This document shows, piece after piece, positions 32,025 to 40,133 of a stretch of 64,000 bases of DNA. The stretch covers positions 512,001 to 576,000 of the forward strand of contig CAWHTE010000004.1 in NCBI GenBank assembly GCA_963832165.1, given 5' to 3'. Within the stretch, counting starts at the first letter, position 1, and each line of letters begins with the position of its first letter. This DNA comes from an uncultured delta proteobacterium (GTDB taxonomy: Bacteria > Myxococcota_A > UBA9160 > SMWR01). The notes below the pieces were generated by a model. It searched no databases, was not told where the DNA came from, and worked only from the letters and a program-made list of their open reading frames with translations. A program made the position numbers and the translations under genes.

Positions 32025-32613
32025 GAGCGCGGATCCCGTCGAGCGCGAGGCGCACGATCGCGGGCACGATCTTCGCGCTCGGCTTCACGCGCGAGAAGAA
32101 CAGGCGCACCGTGATCGGTCCGACGATCAGGTCGGCCGCAAGGCTCAGATCGGTGTCGGGGGGGATCTCGCCGCGCGCGACTCCGCGCTCGAGCGCGTGG
32201 ATGAGCGGCTGGCGCCGCGAGAGCACCACCGGTGCGAAGAGCTCCATGAGCTCGGGGTTGTGCGGCAGCTCGCCCGCGAGGCTCGGGATCACGGCGCCGA
32301 GCGGCGACGACACGAACACCTCGAGGTAGCTGCGCAGCATGCGCTCGAGGTCGGTGACCAGATCGCCGGTGTCGGACTCCTCGAGCCCGGGCAGCTCGCG
32401 GAAGGCTTCGATCACGAGCGGCAGCTTCGAGGCCCAGCGGCGGTAGATGGTCGCCTTGCCGACGCCCGCGCGGCTCGCGATCCCCTCGACGGTGAGTCCC
32501 GAGTAACCCACCTCGACCAGCAGCTCGAGCGCGGCGTCGAGGATCGCGCGGTGCGCCTCCTCGCTGCGCGGACGCCCCGCGCTGGTCGCGGCCGTCGTGG
32601 TCTGTGAGCTCAA
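32021..32613 (-). CDS. TetR/AcrR family transcriptional regulator (3' end uncertain; as sequenced it reads on to 31720)
   Basis: TTG start after GAGG; GRPRSEEAHRAILDAALELLVEVGYSGLTVEGIASRAGVGKATIYRRW (HTH). Confidence 0.88.
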
Positions 32614-32628
32614 GGGCCACCTCGATTC

Positions 32629-32645
32629 CGATACTGTACGTCTCG
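32629..32645. promoter_or_regulatory. Candidate TetR auto-operator CGATAC-N5-GTCTCG
   Basis: Imperfect palindrome about 15 nt upstream of the TetR start; same pattern at 28813. Confidence 0.55.
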
Positions 32646-32735
32646 TTATTGAATTCGTCATCTGGCCGTCGTCTGGACACCGCCCGACCGCCCCTGCATG
32701 CTCGCGCGCGCCCGCCTGCGGGCCGGGGGGAGGCG

Positions 32736-33722
32736 ATGAGCGACCGCAGCCGAGATCTCGCGACGGCGATCGCAGCGGTGCGCTCGGCCGCGCGCGCCTG
32801 CCGCGCGGTGCAGGAGCGCCTGGTGCGGCCCGAGGCGCTCGAGAAGGGCGACAAGAGCCCCGTGACGGTCGCGGACTTCGCGTCGCAGGCGATCATCTGC
32901 GCCGAGCTCGAGCGCGCGTTGCCGCGCGATCCGGTCGTCGGCGAAGAGGACGCGGATGCGCTGCGCCACCAGGCGCCGCTGCTCCAGGCCGTGGTCGAGC
33001 GCGTGGGCGAGCAGCGCGACGCCGCAGTGAGCGCGGAGCAGGTGATCGCGTGGATCGATCGCGGCACCGCGGGCGCGAACCCCGAGCGGTTCTGGACGCT
33101 CGATCCGATCGACGGCACGAAGGGCTTCCTGCGCCGCGAGCAGTACGCGATCGCGCTCGCGCTGATCGAGAAGGGCCGCGTCGAGATCGGCGTGCTCGGC
33201 TGCCCGAACCTGCCGCTCGATGGCGGTCTCGGCGCGCTGTTCACCGCGGTGCGAGGCGACGCGACGCGCATGCAGGATCTCTGGGATCCGAATGCGAGCG
33301 CGCGCCCGGTCGCCGTGGCGAAGCTCGAGCGCGCCGAGCAGGCGCGCTTCTGCGAGTCGGTCGAGTCGGGCCACTCGGATCAGGACGAGTCGGCGCGGAT
33401 CGCCGAGATCCTCGGCATCGAGAGCGAGCCGTTCCGGATCGACAGCCAGTGCAAGTACGCGGCGGTCGCGCGCAACGACGCATCGATCTATCTGCGCCTG
33501 CCCACGCGCGCCGACTATCAGGAGAAGATCTGGGACCACGCCGCGGGCAGCCTCGTGGTCGAGTGCGCGGGCGGCCGCGTCACCGACGCGGACGGCGCGC
33601 CGCTCGACTTCACGCAGGGCACCACGCTCGCGCGCAACCGCGGCATCGTGGCGACCTGCGGGACGATCCACGACGAGGTGATCGCCGCGGTCCGGCGAGC
33701 GCGGGATGGGCTCGCCAGCTAG
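32736..33722 (+). CDS. 3'(2'),5'-bisphosphate nucleotidase, HAL2-type (inositol monophosphatase superfamily)
   Basis: KGDKSPVTVADFASQA, VGEED, WTLDPIDGTKGFLR, GCPNL, IDSQCKY, EKIWDHAAG. Confidence 0.88.
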   Translation: MSDRSRDLATAIAAVRSAARACRAVQERLVRPEALEKGDKSPVTVADFASQAIICAELERALPRDPVVGEEDADALRHQAPLLQAVVERVGEQRDAAVSAEQVIAWIDRGTAGANPERFWTLDPIDGTKGFLRREQYAIALALIEKGRVEIGVLGCPNLPLDGGLGALFTAVRGDATRMQDLWDPNASARPVAVAKLERAEQARFCESVESGHSDQDESARIAEILGIESEPFRIDSQCKYAAVARNDASIYLRLPTRADYQEKIWDHAAGSLVVECAGGRVTDADGAPLDFTQGTTLARNRGIVATCGTIHDEVIAAVRRARDGLAS

Positions 33723-33763
33723 AGCCCGGGCGCGATCTCCGACGGCACGCTATCCAGCTCGAA

Positions 33764-35485
33764 GTGTCGCATAGCGTAAGCCTGATCACGACGATCTCCG
33801 CCGCGCTCGGCCTCGCGCTCGTGTTCGGCGTGGTCGCCGTGCGGCTGAAGCTGCCGGCGCTGGTCGGTTACCTGATCGCCGGGATCGCGATCGGGCCGGC
33901 GACGCCGGGCTTCGTGGCCGATCTCGAGCTCTCGCGTCAGCTCGCCGAGATCGGCGTGATGCTGTTGATGTTCGGCGTCGGCCTGCACTTCTCGTTCGAA
34001 GATCTGCTCGAGGTGCGCGGCATTGCCGTGCCAGGCGCGATCGCCCAGATCGCGGTCGCCACGCTGCTCGCGATCGCGCTGACCTCGCTGTGGGGCTGGA
34101 GTGTGGGCGCCGGCGTCGTGTTCGGCCTCGCGCTCTCGGTGGCGAGCACGGTCGTGCTGATCCGCGCGCTCGAGAGCCGCGGTCTGCTCGACTCGGTCAA
34201 CGGCCGCATCGCCGTCGGCTGGCTGGTCGTCCAGGACCTGGTCATGGTGCTCGCGCTGGTGCTGCTGCCGCCGCTGGCCGGATGGCTCGGCGGTGCGGAT
34301 GGCGGTGCGTCGGCGCCGGCGGCGGGCGGGGATCTCGCCCGGGCGCTCGCGCTCACGTTGGCGAAGGTGTCGCTGTTCGTCGCGCTGATGTTCGTCGTCG
34401 GACGGCGCGTCTTCCCGTGGGTCTTGTGGCAGGTCGCGCGCACCGGGTCGCGCGAGCTGTTCACGCTGTGCGTCGTCGCGGCGGCCGTCGTCATCGCGTA
34501 CGGCTCGGCCGAGCTGTTCGGCGTTTCGTTCGCGATTGGAGCGTTCTTCGCGGGCATGCTCATGCGCGAATCCGCGCTGGGCCATCGAGCCGCGCGGGAG
34601 TCGTTGCCGCTGCGGGAAGCGTTCTCGGTGCTGTTCTTCGTCTCGGTCGGGATGCTGTTCGAACCACAGATCCTGATCGATGAGCCGCTGCGGGTGCTCG
34701 CGGTTCTCGCAACGATCATGCTCGGCAACGCGCTGCCGGCGTTCTTCCTGGTGCTCGCGTTCCGCTATCCGCTCAACACCGCGCTCACGGTATCGGCGAG
34801 CCTGGCGCAGATCGGCGAGTTCTCGTTCATCCTCGCCGGCCTCGGCGTATCGCTGGGTCTCATGCCTCCCGAGGGGCAGAGCCTGATCCTGGCCGGCGCG
34901 ATCTTCTCGATCTCGCTCAATCCGCTGTTGTTCCAGGCGATCAAGCCCGCGCTGGCCTGGGTCCGGTCGCGTTCTGCGATGGCTCGGAGCCTCGAGCACT
35001 CCACGGATCCGCTCGCGGCGCTTCCAAGCACTGTCGATCCAGTGCAGCTGACGGGGCACGTGGTGATCGTCGGGCACGGCCGCGTCGGCCGCAGGATCGG
35101 CGCTGCGCTCCGCGATGCAGGCATGACGATCGTCGTGGTCGAGCAGAACCGCGAGATCGTGGAGCACCTGCGCGAACGCGGTATCCACGCGGTGTCCGGT
35201 GACGCCGCTGGCGACCCCAACGTCCTGGCGCAGGCGCACGTCGCGCGAGCCCGCGTGCTCGTGATCGCGACTCCGGAACCCGTCGGTGTGCGGAGAATGA
35301 TCGAGATCGCTCGCGCGCTCCAGCCCGATATCGAGATCGCGGTGCGCACGCACAGCGAGCAGGAAGCGGAGTTCCTGAATCGGGAGAGAGTCGGCCGGGT
35401 GTTCATGGGCGAGCACGAGCTCGCGCTCGGCATGACCCGCTACGTGCTCGAACGGACCGCCCCGGCAAGCCGCGCGGCAGGTTAG
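33764..35485 (+). CDS. ybaL: YbaL/RosB-family CPA2 cation:proton antiporter with TrkA-N domain
   Basis: LVGYLIAGIAIGPATPGF, LAEIGVMLLMFGVGLHFS, SVASTVV, AQIGEFSFIL, VIVGHGRVG. Confidence 0.8.
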   Translation: MSHSVSLITTISAALGLALVFGVVAVRLKLPALVGYLIAGIAIGPATPGFVADLELSRQLAEIGVMLLMFGVGLHFSFEDLLEVRGIAVPGAIAQIAVATLLAIALTSLWGWSVGAGVVFGLALSVASTVVLIRALESRGLLDSVNGRIAVGWLVVQDLVMVLALVLLPPLAGWLGGADGGASAPAAGGDLARALALTLAKVSLFVALMFVVGRRVFPWVLWQVARTGSRELFTLCVVAAAVVIAYGSAELFGVSFAIGAFFAGMLMRESALGHRAARESLPLREAFSVLFFVSVGMLFEPQILIDEPLRVLAVLATIMLGNALPAFFLVLAFRYPLNTALTVSASLAQIGEFSFILAGLGVSLGLMPPEGQSLILAGAIFSISLNPLLFQAIKPALAWVRSRSAMARSLEHSTDPLAALPSTVDPVQLTGHVVIVGHGRVGRRIGAALRDAGMTIVVVEQNREIVEHLRERGIHAVSGDAAGDPNVLAQAHVARARVLVIATPEPVGVRRMIEIARALQPDIEIAVRTHSEQEAEFLNRERVGRVFMGEHELALGMTRYVLERTAPASRAAG

Positions 35486-37002
35486 TTTCCGGGCGCGGTC
35501 GAAGTCTGCGCGGGAGCAGGCGCCTGCGCTGGTGCCGGCTGGTAGGGCTCCTTCACCGCGATCTTGATGCGCTGGTTCGGCGCAAGCGCCTCGTGCGCGA
35601 ACACGCCGTTGGCGACCGAGGTGAAGGTGAGGTCCCACACGTTGTGGGTGCGCGCGGAGAGCTCGGTGAGCGTCTCGCCCGGCAGCGCGCGCGCGGTGCG
35701 CATGTGTTCCTCTTCGATCGAGGCGGTCTCTTCCGGCGTGATGCGGCGGAAGCTCTGCGCGAACTTGCGGAACAGGCCCTGATACTTGGTGAGCTGCCCC
35801 GCGCGCATGCCGCCGAGCAGCCGGTAGATGCGGTTTTCGAACGCGATCCAGGTGATCTCGGCGTTGAGCGGGCCGAACGCGGTCGGGACGATCGCAAGCG
35901 CGCGAAACGCGGGCAGGTCGCCGAGGTGGAGCGGCGTGCCGTGCTCGAGCGGCAACGCCTCTTGCTCGGCGTACTCGCGCGCGGCCGCGATCGGGTCGCC
36001 GCCGGGCCCCTGGAGCTCGAGCAGCACCACGCCGTCGCGCTTGGGCGCGATCGCCATCACGCGTGCGGGTTCGTTGCTGGTCTCCCAGCCGTACGGAAAC
36101 CGCAGCGAGAAGCCGAGATCGGCGTGGAAGAAGCGGTCCTCGACGAACACGCCCTCGCTCGCGGGCCGGCTCACCGACATGCCCTCGATCTTGTCGAGAT
36201 AGGCGTCGCGCGCGTCCTGATAGGGCACGGTCGCACCCGAGCCGCTCTTCCAGGCTTCGGTCTGTGCGCGCGCGACCGCCTCCGCCATGCGCTCGCGCGT
36301 GGCGGGGTGGGTCGACCAGTAGGTCTGCGGCATCGAGAAGCCCTGATTGAGCTTGGTGTAGTTGTCGAGCGCGGTCATGAAGCGCGCCATGCCGCCCGGA
36401 TCGATCCCGCTCTGTGTGGCGATCTGGAGTCCGATCGAGTCGGCCTGACGCTCCTGAGCGCGCGCATAGCGTGCGAACGGATTGCTGCCCGCGGTCTCGG
36501 AGCTGTGAATCTCCTCCTCGCTACCCGAAAGGATGTCGCCGAGCAACGTCGCGAGTCCGAGCGTCTTGACGTGGGCGTCGAGCTTCGCCGCGTGGCGCGC
36601 CGCGACGTGACCGATCTCGTGGCCGAGCACGTGCGCGATCTCGGCCTCGGTGTTCGCGAGCAGCAGGAGGCCGCGCGACACGTAGATGTGGCCGCCCGGC
36701 AGCGCGAACGCGTTGGGCTCGTCCATCTCGACGATCTGGAACGAGTACTTGACGTCCTGGCGCGGCGAATGCTCGGCGAGCGCGTGGCCGACCGATTCGA
36801 CGTAGCGATTCAGCTCCGGATCCTGCGCGAGGCCCACGGTGGCCTCGATCTCGAGCGTCGCCTGTTCATCGATCAGCTGCTCGTCCTCGGTGCTCATGAG
36901 CACCACCTCGCGGCGGCCCGTGGCGGGATTGACCGAGGAGGTGCAGCCGAGCACGAGCGCGAGCACGAGCCCGCTCGAGAGCGCGGAGGAATTCGGGGGC
37001 AT
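35482..37002 (-). CDS. M48 family zinc metalloprotease, probable lipoprotein
   Basis: VLGC lipobox-like, NPATG, PNAFALPGG, HEIGH, ERQAD, STHP. Confidence 0.85.
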   Translation of the reverse strand: MPPNSSALSSGLVLALVLGCTSSVNPATGRREVVLMSTEDEQLIDEQATLEIEATVGLAQDPELNRYVESVGHALAEHSPRQDVKYSFQIVEMDEPNAFALPGGHIYVSRGLLLLANTEAEIAHVLGHEIGHVAARHAAKLDAHVKTLGLATLLGDILSGSEEEIHSSETAGSNPFARYARAQERQADSIGLQIATQSGIDPGGMARFMTALDNYTKLNQGFSMPQTYWSTHPATRERMAEAVARAQTEAWKSGSGATVPYQDARDAYLDKIEGMSVSRPASEGVFVEDRFFHADLGFSLRFPYGWETSNEPARVMAIAPKRDGVVLLELQGPGGDPIAAAREYAEQEALPLEHGTPLHLGDLPAFRALAIVPTAFGPLNAEITWIAFENRIYRLLGGMRAGQLTKYQGLFRKFAQSFRRITPEETASIEEEHMRTARALPGETLTELSARTHNVWDLTFTSVANGVFAHEALAPNQRIKIAVKEPYQPAPAQAPAPAQTSTAPGN

Positions 37003-37014
37003 CGCCCCTGGATG

Positions 37015-37902
37015 CTAGCGAGAGCCGCGCGTGCGGCCGAGCAGCGCCACGCCGAGCGCGCCCGCGGCGAGCAGCACGAGCTGGCCGGGCTCCGGCGCGA
37101 AGTTGATCGTGATGCGGGTGATCTGGCCGCTGGGACTGTTGTTCCCGCCGCAGCCCGAGCACGTGGTCTGGATTCCGCTCACGAGCTGCAGCGTCCCGCC
37201 CATGCCCATCGTCGTCTGGTCGAGCGTGGTGCCGATCTTTCCGAGCGGGCCTTTCGCGGTGCCGGCGCTCATGAGCGTCATGATGGCGCCCATGGCGTCG
37301 CGGTAGCTCACCGTCGTCGTGTTCACGGTCCAGGGATTGCCCATCACCGTGACCTTGGTGAGGCCCTGCTTCGTGCCCGACATGCCCGTGGCCATGAACG
37401 TGCCGCCGACGCCGGGGCCGATCGCGACGCCCATGTTGGTCTGGTCGAGCTTCACGGCCACCGAGGCGCCGCACGTGAAGAGATTGCACAGCACGATCGT
37501 GCCGGCGGCAGGCAGCGTGCTGCGCGTGAGCACGCCGCCTTTCGCTGCGGCCTGGATCGGTGCGAAGACGCCCGGTGCGCCCTTCGGGCCCGCAAGTACG
37601 GGATGGATCCGGACGTTCTCGAACTGGATCAAGTCGATGCCGACCTCCCCGGGCGTCCGGCTGATCGTCTCGTTGATCTTGGCGAACGCGCGCGTGAGCT
37701 CGAGCGTGTTGAGCGAGGGTCCACCCGCGGCTTTGTTCGCCACCGCGACGCCGGTGCCCGATGCCTCGACCTGCTTGATCACGCCGTTGTGGGAGAACCG
37801 GATCGTGTGCGTGCCCGAGAACAGCAGCTTGTCCGCGTTCGCGGCACCGGCGATCGCGAGCGCGAGTACCGTGAACCCCGCCAACCGGAAGATGTCGGGC
37901 AT
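37015..37902 (-). CDS. Secreted PEP-CTERM-like protein of unknown function
   Basis: Signal peptide ending AGAANA; C-terminus FAPEPGQLVLLAAGALGVALLGRTRGSR. Confidence 0.8.
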   Translation of the reverse strand: MPDIFRLAGFTVLALAIAGAANADKLLFSGTHTIRFSHNGVIKQVEASGTGVAVANKAAGGPSLNTLELTRAFAKINETISRTPGEVGIDLIQFENVRIHPVLAGPKGAPGVFAPIQAAAKGGVLTRSTLPAAGTIVLCNLFTCGASVAVKLDQTNMGVAIGPGVGGTFMATGMSGTKQGLTKVTVMGNPWTVNTTTVSYRDAMGAIMTLMSAGTAKGPLGKIGTTLDQTTMGMGGTLQLVSGIQTTCSGCGGNNSPSGQITRITINFAPEPGQLVLLAAGALGVALLGRTRGSR

Positions 37903-37967
37903 GGCTTGCAGTGTGCCCTTGGAACTTGCCGGAATCAATGGAACTATTGGCGACGAGGAGCATTGCC

Positions 37968-39503
37968 ATGGCCATTTACGAGCCGATCGAGCCGCGCGGC
38001 CCCCGCCGCCGCTACATCCTGCGCTCGCCCGTCGACCTCGAGCCGATCGGGGAGCTCGAGTGCGCGACCCAGAGCGACGTCGCGGCCGCGCTCGAGCGCG
38101 CGCGCAAGGCGCAGCCGGCCTGGGCCGCGGTGCCGATCGCCGAACGCGCGGCGCTGCTGCGCCGCGTGCTCGCTCGCGTGCTCGAAGATCACGAGCGCAT
38201 CACGCGCACGGTGATCCGCGAGACCGGCAAGACCGAGACCGAGGCCTTCGCCATGGAGGTATTCGCGACCTGCGACTCGCTGAACTACTACGCGAAGAAC
38301 GCCGAGCGCTTCCTGCGGCCCGAGAAGCGCCGGATCCACGGCATGCTCGGCCTGGTCAAGCAGCTGCGCTGCGTCTACAAGCCGCTCGGCGTCGTCGGCA
38401 TCATCGTGCCCTGGAATGGCCCGTTCGTGCTCGCGATGAACCAGGCCGCGCAGGCGATCGTGGCGGGCAATGCGGTGCTGCTCAAGGGATCCGAGGTCAC
38501 GCCGTACTCGAGCGCGCTGGCCGGCGAGTTCTTCGCGGAGGCGGGGCTGCCCGAGGGCGTGCTCGAGATCGTGATGGGCGACGGCCAGACCGGCGCCGAT
38601 CTCGTGAGCGCGGGCGTGAACAAGATCTCGTTCACGGGCAGCGTCGCGACCGGGCGCAAGGTCGCCGAGGCGTGTGGTCGCCAGCTGATTCCCGTGACGC
38701 TCGAGCTCGGCGGCAAGGACGCGATGATCGTCTGCGCCGACGCCGATCTCGACCGCGCCGCCGCGGGTGCGCTGATCGGCTCGTGCATGAACACGGGCCA
38801 GTACTGCTGCGGAACCGAGCGCATCTACGCGGTGAGCGAAGTCTACGACGCGTTCGTCGAGAAGGTCGTCGCGGGTGCGTGTTCTCTGCGTCAGACCGAC
38901 CGCGGCGAGTCCGACATCGGCGCGATCTTCTGGGACCGCCAGCTCGACATCATCGATGCGCACGTGAAGGATGCGGTGGCGAAGGGCGCGCGCGTGCGCG
39001 TGGGCGGGCGCAAGAACCCGAAGCTCAAGGGCCTCTACTACGAGCCCACCGTGCTCACGGACGTCACGCACGGTATGGACGTGATGACGCAGGAGACGTT
39101 CGGCCCGATCGTGTCGATCATGCGCGTGTCGGACGAGGAAGAGGCGCTCCAGCTCGCGAACGACTCGCCCTACGGACTCAACGGCAACGTCTGGACGCGC
39201 GACAAGGAGAAGGGCTTCCAGATCGCCGAGCGCATGGAGACGGGTGGCGTCTGCATCAACGACATGGCGCTCACCTACGGCGTGCCCGAGGCGCCGTTCG
39301 GCGGCGTGAAGGAATCCGGCGTCGGGCAGGTGAACGGGCTGGTCGGCCTGCGCGGCTACACCCATCTGCACCCGATGCTCGTCGATCGGTTCGGCGGCAA
39401 GAAGGTGCAGGGCGGCTACCCGTACTCGATCAAAGAGCTCGAGGGGATGAAGAAGTTCGCGAAGCTCCTGTTCGGGACGCGGCTCGGGCGCTGGCTGGGT
39501 TGA
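37968..39503 (+). CDS. Aldehyde dehydrogenase family protein
   Basis: RBS GAGGAG; VPWN, FTGS, LELGGKD, NTGQYCC, QETFGP, PFGGVKESG. Confidence 0.9.
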   Translation: MAIYEPIEPRGPRRRYILRSPVDLEPIGELECATQSDVAAALERARKAQPAWAAVPIAERAALLRRVLARVLEDHERITRTVIRETGKTETEAFAMEVFATCDSLNYYAKNAERFLRPEKRRIHGMLGLVKQLRCVYKPLGVVGIIVPWNGPFVLAMNQAAQAIVAGNAVLLKGSEVTPYSSALAGEFFAEAGLPEGVLEIVMGDGQTGADLVSAGVNKISFTGSVATGRKVAEACGRQLIPVTLELGGKDAMIVCADADLDRAAAGALIGSCMNTGQYCCGTERIYAVSEVYDAFVEKVVAGACSLRQTDRGESDIGAIFWDRQLDIIDAHVKDAVAKGARVRVGGRKNPKLKGLYYEPTVLTDVTHGMDVMTQETFGPIVSIMRVSDEEEALQLANDSPYGLNGNVWTRDKEKGFQIAERMETGGVCINDMALTYGVPEAPFGGVKESGVGQVNGLVGLRGYTHLHPMLVDRFGGKKVQGGYPYSIKELEGMKKFAKLLFGTRLGRWLG

Positions 39504-39504
39504 A

Positions 39505-39534
39505 GGCGGATTACGCTTCGCTAATCCGCCCTAC
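39505..39534 (-). repeat. Single REP, GGCGGAT subtype
   Basis: GGCGGATTACGCTTCGCTAATCCGCCCTAC fills the ALDH-to-next-gene spacer. Confidence 0.8.
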
Positions 39535-39535
39535 G

Positions 39536-40093
39536 ATGCTCGTTGTTCCCGACGCGCCCGCGGCGCTCGCGCTCGACGTCGCACAGCGCTGGAACGGGGC
39601 GCCGCTGGCGGGCCTGCGCGCGCGCGTGCTGCTGTCGGCGGAGCCCGATGCGCTCTGGGTCGAGGCGAGCATGGCGCACCAGCACGCGCCTCGGATTCCC
39701 GACGCGTCGCGCGGGGCGCGCGTGGAGGGGCTCTGGGAGTACGACGTGGTCGAGTGCTTCGTGGCGGGCGCCGACGGCCGCTACCTCGAGCTCGAGCTCG
39801 GCGCGGGCGGGCACTACCTCGCGCTCGCGTTCGATGCGCCGCGCCGTCGCGTCCGCGATTTCGCGGACGAGTCGCTGAGCGTGGAGTGGCAGAGCGATGC
39901 GGAGACCTGGCGCGCGCGCTGCCGCGTTCCGCGCGCATGGTTCTCCGAGCCGGTCGTGCGCGCGAATGCGTTCGCGATCGCGGGCGGCGAGTTCGCGGTG
40001 TACATGCCCACGGGCGGTCCCAGGCCCGACTTCCACCGCCCGCACGCGTTTCCGGAAGTTCGAGTGCCTAACTGGGAGAAATCGTCGCGCTGA
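39536..40093 (+). CDS. UPF0462/C4orf33-like (DOMON/CBM9-like) hypothetical protein
   Basis: WNG.P, LWEYDVVECF, YLELELGAGGHYLAL, NAFAI and PDFH follow the order of motifs in recalled human C4orf33. Confidence 0.6.
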   Translation: MLVVPDAPAALALDVAQRWNGAPLAGLRARVLLSAEPDALWVEASMAHQHAPRIPDASRGARVEGLWEYDVVECFVAGADGRYLELELGAGGHYLALAFDAPRRRVRDFADESLSVEWQSDAETWRARCRVPRAWFSEPVVRANAFAIAGGEFAVYMPTGGPRPDFHRPHAFPEVRVPNWEKSSR

Positions 40094-40103
40094 GCCGAGC
40101 CCG

Positions 40104-40109
40104 TATAAT
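40104..40109 (+). promoter_or_regulatory. Consensus -10 box TATAAT upstream of the CocE/NonD gene
   Basis: Exact TATAAT about 25 nt before the ATG; AAGGAG RBS follows; no clear -35. Confidence 0.4.
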
Positions 40110-40133
40110 GCGCCGTCACCGGAAGGAGCTCCC

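Noticed and set aside
37920..37945. TGGAACT twice as an ECF-sigma promoter
   Set aside because: No convincing -10 element at the proper spacing; too short to support
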